Of a stretch of DNA of 64,000 bases, positions 1-9,244 are shown piece after piece. The notes under the pieces were generated by a model. That model worked only from the letters and a program-made list of their open reading frames with translations. It searched no databases and was not told the origin of the DNA. Origin of the DNA: an uncultured delta proteobacterium (GTDB lineage: Bacteria; Desulfobacterota; Syntrophia; Syntrophales; Fen-1087); NCBI GenBank assembly GCA_963709485.1, contig CAVPWE010000005.1:401435-465434 (forward strand). Direction: 5' to 3'. A program made the translations under genes and the position numbers. Positions within the stretch are counted from its first letter, which is position 1. Every line of letters starts with the position of its first letter.

Positions 1-1189
1 CGGCACCACCTATTATTACGTGGTCACCGCGGTCAATGAGTATGGTGAAAGCGGCGAATCCAAGGAATCGTCGGCGACGCCGTCGTCCAGCAACCCGCCC
101 CTGCCCCCGCATGAGATTGCGGCACTGGCGGGGCATATGCAAGTGATGCTCCGCTGGACAGGGACCGAAGCCGCGACATCCTTCAACATCTACTGGTCGA
201 CAGCCACCGGCGTCACAAAGGCGACCGGCAACAAGATCGCCAATGCGGCCCCCCCCTACACCCACTCGGACCTGACCAACGGCACGGCTTATTATTATAT
301 CGTGACTGCCGTGAACAAATACGGGGAGAGCGCTCCATCGGAGGAAGTGTCGGCTATACCCAACCAGGGGGATGTCCCTTCACCCCCGACCGGAGTCTCG
401 GCCACGGCAGGCGAGAAACAGGTGACGCTGACCTGGAGCGCCGCCGAAAAGGCGACAAGCTACAATATATACTGGTCGAAATCGGCCAATATATCCCCAA
501 GGACCGGGACCCTGCTTGCCAATATTGCGGGCACCTCATACACCCATTCACAGTTGGCCTGGAGTACGACTTATTATTATGTGGTCACGGCGGTCAACAG
601 CCACGGGGAAAGCTCGCCTTCGGAAAGGGCGTCCGCAACAACTCCCGTCAACACGAAACTTCAGGATGTCTGCGTGGCCATGGGAGACAGCATCACGGCG
701 GGCTACGGAGTCAATTATTCCCAGTCCTACGTGCCCCTGCTGTCCGGATCCTGGGGAAAAACGATCTACAACCGGGGCGTCTCCGGCGTACTGAGCTCCT
801 ACGGCGCCAACATCATCGACAGCGTTCTGGCCCAGTACAATCCCAAGTACATTACCATCTTTTACGGAAACAACGACGACGGATTTTATCCCGCCAGTTG
901 GACGACCAGCAACCTGCGCTACATCATCCGGCAGGCCAAGGCGAACGGCACCAAACCGGTCGTGGCCACCCTGACGCCGGTTTTCGGTGAATGGGCCTGG
1001 AGAAAGCCCAGCCTGATCACACTGAACCAGCAAATCCGTTCCCTGGCAGCCTCGGAGGGGATCGCCTGCGCCGACATGGAAGCATCCTTCGGCTGGAACG
1101 AGAGCTATATACTTGACGACGGGATACATCCCAACAGCTCGGGCCATCAGATCATCGCGAATACCTTTCGCAGTGCGCTGACGCGCTGA
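1..1189 (+). CDS. FN3-repeat protein with C-terminal SGNH/GDSL hydrolase domain (5' end outside window)
   Basis: The ORF is open to nt 1 (codon phase from nt 2); the track start at 20 is an internal GTG. Three FN3-like modules each end in YYY(V/I)VTAVNxYGES. C-terminal SGNH blocks are GDSITAGYG (I), FYGNNDD (III) and DGIHPNSSGH (V). Confidence 0.85.
   Translation, partial: GTTYYYVVTAVNEYGESGESKESSATPSSSNPPLPPHEIAALAGHMQVMLRWTGTEAATSFNIYWSTATGVTKATGNKIANAAPPYTHSDLTNGTAYYYIVTAVNKYGESAPSEEVSAIPNQGDVPSPPTGVSATAGEKQVTLTWSAAEKATSYNIYWSKSANISPRTGTLLANIAGTSYTHSQLAWSTTYYYVVTAVNSHGESSPSERASATTPVNTKLQDVCVAMGDSITAGYGVNYSQSYVPLLSGSWGKTIYNRGVSGVLSSYGANIIDSVLAQYNPKYITIFYGNNDDGFYPASWTTSNLRYIIRQAKANGTKPVVATLTPVFGEWAWRKPSLITLNQQIRSLAASEGIACADMEASFGWNESYILDDGIHPNSSGHQIIANTFRSALTR
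11..612 (+). repeat. three tandem in-frame coding repeats (FN3-like modules, about 279-282 nt period)
   Basis: The codon string tat-tat-ta(c/t) followed by VTAVN-YGES codons recurs in frame at nt 11, 290 and 572 (spacing 279 and 282 nt). The copies are diverged at DNA level. Confidence 0.7.
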
Positions 1190-1232
1190 GTTCAAGCCTG
1201 ACGCGAGGCAGACCGGGCGATGGATCAAACGA

Positions 1233-2786
1233 ATGATTTCTACGGCTGACAGGAAGGACCGGATTGCAGTCCGACCGACAGGAAGATTCCTCGACGGAAT
1301 ATCGAAACCACTGCGGTCATTCTGCCTGGCCGTCTTCGCGCTTTTGAGTCTGTCGATGCCGGTCTGGGCCAACCCCTCCCCCGCATCCAAAAGTACGGCA
1401 ACCCCCGAATGGCCCGCGGGTATGCGCATGCGGGTGGCCTGGGTTCAGGACATGGGGGACAGTCGCGACGTGTTCGCCCAGGGAAGCAGCCTGCGGCTCA
1501 TGGGTCTGGACACGGGGGACAATCAGGGCGAGCGGGCGATTCTGGGGACATTGGGTAATTATTCGAAGCCCCTGATCACGCCCAGGGGAGACCGGGTGGT
1601 GTTTTCGGACCGGAACCGGAAGAAGGTTTTCGCAGTGAACTGGGACGGTTCGGGATTGCGGGAGGTTCTGGAGGGATTCGGGCTGGCAGTCTGGCAGGAT
1701 CCCGGCGACGGGCGGGAGTGGCTCTACTACGGCGCGATGGAGGGGAAGGACGGGAGCGAGCACTGTCCGGCGGTTTACCGGGTTTTGCTGGACGGTCCCG
1801 GATCGCCGGAGCTGGTGTGGAACCGGACGAAGGTGAGCGTGCACAGTTTTCAGGTCTCCGCGGACGGCCGGACGGCGGGGGGTCTGTTTCCCTGGCCCGC
1901 CGGCGGCATCGCCCAACTGCCCAACCGGTCGATGAAGCACCACGCGAAGGGCTGCTGGTCTGCAATGAGTCCTGAAAGGGGAAAGGGCTATCTCTGGATC
2001 TTCGACGGCGCCCACCGGAACCTGACGATCGTCAATCCCGAAAACGAGCGCAAATGGCAGGTCAACATCAACGGGGCGCCGGGCATCGACGGCTACGAGG
2101 TCTACCATCCCCGGTGGAGCAACCAGTCACGGATCATGGCCATGACCGGCCCCTACAAAACCGGTTTTGGCGGCAACAAGATCGGCGGCGGCGGCCGGAA
2201 CATTGAAATATTCATTGGCAGATTCAACCCGGGTCTTACAAAAATCGCATCCTGGCGGCAGATCACACGCAACGACCGGGCGGACTTCTTTCCCGATGTC
2301 TGGGTCGCGCCCGCTGAGGGCGCCAGGCAGGCTTCCGGGAAAGCCTCCGGCGTCAAAGCAAATGGGAAAAAGCGCACCGCCGCAGCGGGTATTGCATCGG
2401 GCAGAGAGACCGGAGAAGAACAGCCGGCCATATCAAAAAAGCCGGCTCCCGGGAAAACGCTGAAGCGCCTGGTGGTCGAAGCCCGCCTGACCGAGCCTTC
2501 CGTCATCCCCACACCTCACGATATCGCCCCCTATCGGCGGGCCCTTCTTGTAAACGCCTACGAAGTGGTCCGGGTGATCTCCGGCTCCTATGGCCGCAAG
2601 AAGCTCATGGCCGCCCACTGGGTGATCGAGGATGCGAGCGTCCTCAAAGAGGCGATCCGGGAGAAGGGGAAAACCTACCGCATGGTCCTGGAACGATACG
2701 ATGACCACCCCGAACTCGAAGGGGAGCGCCTGATCATGGACAGCGACGAGTTCAAGCTGCCCCTCTATTACGAATTGCGCAACTGA
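1233..2786 (+). CDS. exported hypothetical protein, possible TolB/PD40-like beta-propeller with orphan C-terminal module
   Basis: Track ORF with a signal-like segment FCLAVFALLSLSMPVWA. There is a weak propeller-type strand pattern (GDRVVFSDRNRKKVFAVNWDGSGLREV). An Ala/Gly/Lys-rich linker precedes a roughly 108 aa C-terminal module that resembles the C-terminus of 4397..6115. Confidence 0.6.
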   Translation: MISTADRKDRIAVRPTGRFLDGISKPLRSFCLAVFALLSLSMPVWANPSPASKSTATPEWPAGMRMRVAWVQDMGDSRDVFAQGSSLRLMGLDTGDNQGERAILGTLGNYSKPLITPRGDRVVFSDRNRKKVFAVNWDGSGLREVLEGFGLAVWQDPGDGREWLYYGAMEGKDGSEHCPAVYRVLLDGPGSPELVWNRTKVSVHSFQVSADGRTAGGLFPWPAGGIAQLPNRSMKHHAKGCWSAMSPERGKGYLWIFDGAHRNLTIVNPENERKWQVNINGAPGIDGYEVYHPRWSNQSRIMAMTGPYKTGFGGNKIGGGGRNIEIFIGRFNPGLTKIASWRQITRNDRADFFPDVWVAPAEGARQASGKASGVKANGKKRTAAAGIASGRETGEEQPAISKKPAPGKTLKRLVVEARLTEPSVIPTPHDIAPYRRALLVNAYEVVRVISGSYGRKKLMAAHWVIEDASVLKEAIREKGKTYRMVLERYDDHPELEGERLIMDSDEFKLPLYYELRN

Positions 2787-2929
2787 CCTCCTTTTTGATC
2801 GGCGCCCGAATCACTCAACCGGTCAAACCATAAATTCAATCCGACTTTGATGTTTGATGCGAGATGACGGCCGGCGGCCGCACCGGCGGCGGGACTGTCA
2901 TCTCTTACATTTTTATCAGCGACGAGCGC

Positions 2930-4387
2930 ATGGTATTCAGTTCACAGATTTTCTTCTTCTATTTCCTGCCCCTGGCCCTGGCGGTCTACTACGGGCTCCC
3001 GCGCCGGGGCCGTCATCTGGCCCTGACGCTGCTGAGCTATGTCTTCTACGGATGGGCGAATCCCCTGTTCGTCGTTCTGCTGCTGACTTCGACGCTGATC
3101 AACTATGTCTGCGGCCTGAAGATCGCCGGAGAGCGCCTGAGAGCCGTTCCGGCATTGCCGGCTCCTCCGGTGTCGGACCGTGACATCCTGCGCCGGAAAA
3201 AAACCTGGCTTTTCATTTCCACGGTCACCAGCCTCTCCATGCTGGGGTTTTTCAAGTACTTCAACTTCACCATGGAGAACTACAATATCCTGATTCAATG
3301 GCTGGGATTGTCCCATCTGAAGCTGGAAACGGCGATCCGCGTCACCCTGCCGCTGGGCATCAGTTTCTACACCTTTCACCTGATGAGCTACACCATCGAC
3401 GTGTACCGCGGCCAGGCGAAGGTGCTCCGCAACATCATCGATTTCGCCTGCTACATCTCGCTCTTCTCCCAGCTCGTGGCCGGCCCGATCATCCGCTTCC
3501 GCGAGATTGCCGACCAGATGGCCAACCGGACCCACACCCCGGAAAAATTTGCCCGCGGCGTGGCCTTCATCAGCCTCGGCCTGGCCAAGAAGGTGCTCCT
3601 GGCCAACCCGTGCGGAAAGATCGCCGACGTGGTCTTCGACGCGGGCTCCCGGGGAGTGCTCGACGCCTGGTACGGGCTGGTCGCCTACGCCTTTCAGATC
3701 TATTTCGATTTCAGCGCCTATTCGGACATGGCCATCGGCCTGGGGCTGATGCTGGGTTTCGTCTTTCCGAAGAATTTCGATTCCCCCTACCTGTCGCAAT
3801 CCATCACGGAGTTCTGGCGCCGCTGGCACATTTCCCTCTCCACCTGGCTGCGGGACTACCTCTACGTCCCGCTCGGGGGAAACCGGAAGGGGGTCTGGCG
3901 CACCAACTTCAATCTGGCCGTGGTCATGCTGCTGGGGGGGCTCTGGCACGGGGCCTCCTGGAATTTCGTCATCTGGGGCGGGATCCACGGCGGGATGCTG
4001 GTGATGGAGCGCGCCCGGGGAAAGGATGCCTTCTACCGCCGGATGCCCAAACCCTTCCGAATGGCCATGACCTTCTTCATCGTAATGATCGCCTGGGTGT
4101 TCTTCCGGGCGCCCGATCTGCCCGCGGCCCTGTCCTATCTCGGCAGCCTGTTCGGCCTGGCGGCGATTCATGACGGAGCCGGCCTTCTGGGCGGTATCCT
4201 CTACCAGCCCTACTACTGGGGAACGTTTGCCATTGCGGCGCTGGTCGTCTGGGGATGCCCGCAAACCTGGGACTGGACGCGGACGATCCCCCGGTGGAAG
4301 GCCGCAACGATTTTTGTAGCGCTGCTGACGTCACTGGCCGTGCTGATGACGCAGTCCTACAATCCTTTCATTTACTTCATTTTTTAG
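2930..4387 (+). CDS. MBOAT family membrane-bound O-acyltransferase (AlgI/DltB/PatA-like)
   Basis: Start moved to ATG 2930 (MVFSSQIFFFYFLPLA, a typical AlgI-type N-terminus). MBOAT signatures are FYTFHLMSYTIDVYRG, WRRWHISLSTWLRDYLYVPLGGNR and LWHGASWNFVIWGGIHG. Confidence 0.9.
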   Translation: MVFSSQIFFFYFLPLALAVYYGLPRRGRHLALTLLSYVFYGWANPLFVVLLLTSTLINYVCGLKIAGERLRAVPALPAPPVSDRDILRRKKTWLFISTVTSLSMLGFFKYFNFTMENYNILIQWLGLSHLKLETAIRVTLPLGISFYTFHLMSYTIDVYRGQAKVLRNIIDFACYISLFSQLVAGPIIRFREIADQMANRTHTPEKFARGVAFISLGLAKKVLLANPCGKIADVVFDAGSRGVLDAWYGLVAYAFQIYFDFSAYSDMAIGLGLMLGFVFPKNFDSPYLSQSITEFWRRWHISLSTWLRDYLYVPLGGNRKGVWRTNFNLAVVMLLGGLWHGASWNFVIWGGIHGGMLVMERARGKDAFYRRMPKPFRMAMTFFIVMIAWVFFRAPDLPAALSYLGSLFGLAAIHDGAGLLGGILYQPYYWGTFAIAALVVWGCPQTWDWTRTIPRWKAATIFVALLTSLAVLMTQSYNPFIYFIF

Positions 4388-4396
4388 GCGGACAGG

Positions 4397-6115
4397 ATGA
4401 GCGACTGGAAACATCAGGAACTGCGCGAGGAAACGGCAAGACGGGAGGCGGGTCACACCCGGATTCATCCGACGCTTTCCCGGATCATGATCGCCCTGTT
4501 CCTGATCGTCATCCTCACCGTTCCCGCCGTTCAGCACATAGCGGATTTCCGGAGTTTCGCAGCCGGGGAGCGGCGTTCCCCGCTGCCGCAGGCCTGGGAT
4601 GTTTTCTCCCTTCTGCCCACGGCCATGAAGGCGTCCGGGGCGAGCGGGTCATCGTGGATCGAAAACATTTTTACGGTCAATCGCCATCTGCTGAAAGAGA
4701 TGAAAAAGTATGAGGAAACGCTGGACGACCGGTCTGCGATCGGGAAATGGCTGCGCCCCCGGATTCAGTATGTCCTGACGGCCTGGCTGGGCGCCGGCAA
4801 CGAAAAGGCCTACTGCGGCCGGAAGCCCTGGCTTTTTTACCGTCCCGGCGTCGATTATCTGGCCGGCCCTCCCTTTCTCGACCCGGTTCAGTTGCGGAAG
4901 CGCGGGACGGAGGGCGATGAATGGGCCGCCCCGACGGAACCCGACCCAAGGGTCGCGATCCTGCACCTGCAGGAGCAGCTCTCCCGGCGGGGGATCGCCC
5001 TGATCGTCATGCCGACGCCGATCAAGGCCATGATCCAGCCGGAAAAGCTGAGCGGCCGCTATGACCGGCGGACGGAAGCCCTGCAGAACCCATCCTATAA
5101 CCGTTTCAGGGAGGAGATGGCGCACGCGGGGATCCTTGTTTTCGATGCGGCGCCGGCAATGATGGAATGGAAGCGGGAGAGCGGCCGGGACCCGTATCTC
5201 GCAACCGACACCCACTGGCGTCCCGAGGCCATGGAAAAGGCCGCGGCCGGGCTGAAGGAGTTTATCGACCGCCATGTGCGTCTGGCCCCGCTGCCCGCGG
5301 CCGGATACCGTGCGGAAAGCAATGAAATAACGCATCTGGGCGACCTGGCCGTCATGCTCGGCCTTCCCGGAAATCAGCAGGTCTTTCCGTCAGAGAAGGC
5401 GACCATCCGCAAAATATCCGGCGCCGGCGGAGAGCCCTGGCAGGCGCAGCAGACGGCTGATGTGCTCGTGCTCGGCGACAGCTTCAGCAACATCTACTCC
5501 CTCGGGGCGATGGGATGGGGCGAAGGGGCCGGCTTCATCGAACAGCTCAGTTACGCCATGCAGCGGCCTCTGGACCGCATTACCCGCAACGACAACGGCT
5601 CCCATGCCACCCGGGAGTTTCTCGCCGGCGAAATGGCCCGGGGGCGGGATCGCCTGGCCGGGAAGCGCCTGGTGATCTATCAGTTTGCCATCCGCGAACT
5701 CGCCGTCGGAAACTGGAAACGGATCGACCTGAAAACCGGAACGCCCGAACCGGTGAATTATCTCACGCTGCCGCCCGGGGTTGAGCGAATCGTACACGGC
5801 AGGATCAGGGCGGTCTCTTCGGTCCCGAGGCCCGGAACGGTGGCCTACAAGGACCATGTCATGGCGATCCACCTGACGGATCTGACTTCGGACGGCCGCC
5901 CCTTGACGGAGACGGATGCGATGGTCTATATGAGGAGCATGACGGACAATGTCCTGACGGCGGCGGCGCAGTACCGCCCGGGTGAAACAGTGGCGCTCCG
6001 GCTGACGGCCTGGGCCGATGTCGCCGGCCGTTACGAGGGAATCAACCGCAGCGAACTGGACGATGATGCGCTGCAGCTTGTCGAACCCTGCTGGGGCGAG
6101 GCCATTAAAAAATGA
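4397..6115 (+). CDS. AlgJ/AlgX-N-like (DHHW-type SGNH-like) O-acyltransferase component with extra C-terminal module
   Basis: N-terminal TM segment IMIALFLIVILTVPAV. Signature YLATDTHWRPEA, followed later by VLVLGDSFSN. An additional module of about 111 aa sits at the C-terminus (5780..6112). Confidence 0.75.
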   Translation: MSDWKHQELREETARREAGHTRIHPTLSRIMIALFLIVILTVPAVQHIADFRSFAAGERRSPLPQAWDVFSLLPTAMKASGASGSSWIENIFTVNRHLLKEMKKYEETLDDRSAIGKWLRPRIQYVLTAWLGAGNEKAYCGRKPWLFYRPGVDYLAGPPFLDPVQLRKRGTEGDEWAAPTEPDPRVAILHLQEQLSRRGIALIVMPTPIKAMIQPEKLSGRYDRRTEALQNPSYNRFREEMAHAGILVFDAAPAMMEWKRESGRDPYLATDTHWRPEAMEKAAAGLKEFIDRHVRLAPLPAAGYRAESNEITHLGDLAVMLGLPGNQQVFPSEKATIRKISGAGGEPWQAQQTADVLVLGDSFSNIYSLGAMGWGEGAGFIEQLSYAMQRPLDRITRNDNGSHATREFLAGEMARGRDRLAGKRLVIYQFAIRELAVGNWKRIDLKTGTPEPVNYLTLPPGVERIVHGRIRAVSSVPRPGTVAYKDHVMAIHLTDLTSDGRPLTETDAMVYMRSMTDNVLTAAAQYRPGETVALRLTAWADVAGRYEGINRSELDDDALQLVEPCWGEAIKK

Positions 6116-6143
6116 GAAGTTTAACTCCATTCGAGAGGTGCAA

Positions 6144-7226
6144 GTGAAAGTGAACGGAAAGAAAATTTGTATCATCCTGGCCGCCGTCGGCTTCTGCATG
6201 ATTGCCATGGCATCATCCGCAGCCGATCCGGATGCCGTCCGGAAGGTCACAGACCAGTATGCGTCGCTGGCCCGATCGGCGCAGCAGCAGGGGACCATAA
6301 CCGTACCGGGCAAAGAGGGATGGCTCTTCTTCGGCCCCGAGCTTCACTTCGTCTCGGCGGGGCCGTTCTGGGGAAAAGCGGCGGCCAAGGTCAGCCGGGC
6401 AGCGAAACCCGAGCATGCCGATCCCCTTCCGGCGATCCTTGATTTTCACCGGCAACTCAAGAAAATGGGCATCGAGCTGCTGATGGTCCCTGTTCCCCCC
6501 AAAAGCGTCGTCTACCCCGACTTCCTGTCCGACCAGCTTGCCCCTTCCCGCGAGGGCGCCCCGGTGCGGCTGGACCGGAACACGCAGGCCTTCTACCAGC
6601 TTTTGAGGAAGAACGGCATCCGGGTCCTGGACCTGACACCCTTTTTCCTGGCCAACCGCTTTCACCCCCAGGGCGCCCCCTTTTGCAAACAGGACACGCA
6701 CTGGTCCGGTAACGGCTGCGTCCTGGCCGCGCAGAAGATACGCGAGGAAATCCAGGGCAGCGCCTGGCTGCAGAAGGTCCCGAAGACGGCCTATCAGACA
6801 GCCTGGAAATCCGTCCCCATCAGCGGAGATCTCTGGAAGGCCCCGGGCGGCAGGAACCTTCCCCAGGAAATCCTGGCTGTCCGCCAGGTCGGTTCAGGCG
6901 GCGCCGGAGCGCTGAAGCCGGTCGCCCCCGACCCGAAAAGCCCCGTCCTCCTGGTCGGCGACAGCCACAACCTCGTTTTCCATGCCGGAGACGACATGCA
7001 GACCCGCGATGCGGGCCTGCCCGACCAGCTCGCCCTGGAGCTCGGCTTTCCGGTGGACCTCGTCGCCGTGAGAGGCTCCGGCGCCACGCCGGCCCGCGTC
7101 AACCTGCTGCGGCGGGCCCAGCGGGACCCGAGCTACTGGAAAACGAAAAAACTGGTCGTCTGGTGCTTTGCCGCCCGCGAATTTACGCAGAGCGATGGAT
7201 GGAAAAAGGTGCCCCTCCTCCCCTGA
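6144..7226 (+). CDS. second AlgJ/AlgX-N-like O-acyltransferase component
   Basis: Start moved to GTG 6144 (GAGAGG just upstream), which avoids a 98-nt overlap with the preceding gene. Signal-like segment ICIILAAVGFCMIAMASSA. Signature FCKQDTHWSGNG and LLVGDSH. Confidence 0.75.
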   Translation: MKVNGKKICIILAAVGFCMIAMASSAADPDAVRKVTDQYASLARSAQQQGTITVPGKEGWLFFGPELHFVSAGPFWGKAAAKVSRAAKPEHADPLPAILDFHRQLKKMGIELLMVPVPPKSVVYPDFLSDQLAPSREGAPVRLDRNTQAFYQLLRKNGIRVLDLTPFFLANRFHPQGAPFCKQDTHWSGNGCVLAAQKIREEIQGSAWLQKVPKTAYQTAWKSVPISGDLWKAPGGRNLPQEILAVRQVGSGGAGALKPVAPDPKSPVLLVGDSHNLVFHAGDDMQTRDAGLPDQLALELGFPVDLVAVRGSGATPARVNLLRRAQRDPSYWKTKKLVVWCFAAREFTQSDGWKKVPLLP

Positions 7227-9203
7227 CCGCAATTTCCCCCATCCGGACAAGCCCGCTAAGGACCGTGCCAAGAAAAGCGGAAAAGCTGACCCCGCCCGTG
7301 ATCCTGAGAAAGTTTCGGACGCTGATCCGCATCCTTCTCACCCGTCTGCGCAGCGTCGCCTCCTTCATGAAGGCGCTGCCGCGCCACGCCCGCAAGGTCC
7401 GGCGCATCGTCGGCCGGGAAGGGTGGCGCGGCCTCTGGTACGCCTTCGAGGAGCGGTTTCATCTGGCGGACCGCGAGCTCTATGAAATCTGGCAGAGAAG
7501 GCATCGCCTGACGGCCGGGGATCGCGACCGCATCCTCAGGGAAATGGAAAAGATGGCGCTGCGGCCGCTCATTTCCATCCTCCTTCCCGTCTACAACACC
7601 GACGAAGCCTGGCTGAGAAAATGCCTGGATTCCGTTCTGTCCCAGATCTATCCCCGCTGGGAACTCTGCATATGCCGACGATGCCTCCACCCTGCCCCAT
7701 GTCCGAACCGTTCTCGAGGAATACCGCGCCGGTGACGGGCGCATCCGCGTGGTTTTCCGGGAGGCCAACGGCCACATCTCGGCGGCGTCCAATTCGGCCC
7801 TTTCACTGGCGACCGGAGATTACGTCGCCCTCCTGGATCATGACGATGAGCTGACTCCCGATGCCCTCTATGAGATCGCCGCGCTCATCTGCCGCAACCC
7901 GGACACGGACATGATCTACACGGATGAGGACAAGATCGACGCGCAGGGCAGGCGGCATTCCCCCTTTTTCAAGCCGGACTGGTCGCCCGACACATTCCTT
8001 TCCCTCATGTATACCTGCCACCTGGGGGTGTACCGGACCGCCCTGGTCCGGAAGATCGGCGGATTCCGCGAAGGGTTCGAGGGGAGCCAGGACTATGACC
8101 TGGTACTCCGCCTGACCGAACACACGGACAAGATCCGCCACATCCCACAGGTGCTCTACCACTGGCGCTCCATCCCGGCCTCGAGCGCCGCCAGCTTCCA
8201 GTCGAAGGAATATGCCCAGGATGCCGGCCTCCGGGCCGTTCGGGAGGCGCTGCAGCGGCGCGGAGAAGACGCCGTGGCGGAGCCGGTGGCGGGACTGTCC
8301 GGACGCTACCGCGTGCGTTACCGGCTGCGGGACCGGCCGCTGGTTTCGATCGTTATCCCCACCCGGGATCTCTCGGAACTTCTCGAAATCTGTCTGACAT
8401 CCGTCTTTGAAAAGACCTCCTACGACCGCTTTGAGGTGATCGTCGTCGACAACGGCAGCCGGGAGGCGGAAACCCGGGGGCTTTTTCAGCGCTGGCAGGA
8501 GAAGGAGCCCGGCCGCTTTCGTGTCGTGCCGCTGCCGATCCCCTTCAATTTCCCCGCCCTGATCAACGAGGGCGTGCGGAACGCCCGGGGCGAGCTGGTC
8601 CTGCTCCTCAACAACGACATCGAAGTGGTTTCCGGGGACTGGCTGGCCGAGATGGCCGCACAGGCGATGCGCCCCCGGGTGGGCGCCGTGGGCGCGAAAC
8701 TGCTCTATCCCGACGACACCGTTCAGCATGCCGGCGTCGTTTTGGGCATCGGCGGCATTGCCGGCCACAGCCATAAATACCTTTCGAACGACCGGCCCGG
8801 ATACTTCGACCGGCTGCGGATCACGGCAAACTATGCCGCCGTGACCGGCGCCTGCCTCATGGTGGAGAAGGCGAAATTTGAGGCGGTTGGCGGTTTCGAT
8901 GAGGCCCTGCCCGTGGCCTTCAATGATGTCGATTTCTGCATCCGGCTGCTGAAAGCCGGTTATTACAACCTCTGCCTGAATCATCTGACCCTGTACCATC
9001 ACGAATCGAAGACCCGGGGACCGGAGGATACGGTGGAGAAACAGATCCGTTTCCGGGGCGAGATCGACCGGATGGAGGCCCGCTGGGGGGAATTGCTGAA
9101 AAACGACCCATTTTACAGCCCGCACCTGACCCGCTACCGGGAAGACTACTCCATTTCCCTGGCCTCGTACCACCGTTTTCCGCGCTGGCCGGCCGATCGC
9201 TGA
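7163..9203 (+). pseudogene. two-domain family-2 glycosyltransferase interrupted by a +1 frameshift at about 7673
   Basis: Track ORFs 7163..7735 (frame 2) and 7749..9203 (frame 0) read as one gene. ...ISILLPVYNTDEAWLRKCLDSVLSQIYPRWELCI continues as ADDASTLPHVRTVLEEYRAGDGRIRVVFREANGHISAASNSAL...LLDHDDE after one extra base (ata-t-gcc). A second GT2 domain follows: VSIVIPTRD, VVDNGS, LLNNDIEV. The true start is uncertain (ATG 7199, GTG 7298 or ATG 7367). Confidence 0.8.
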
Positions 9204-9244
9204 CTGAGAACCGTCTCATGAACTGCTTCCCTGTTGCTCCATAA

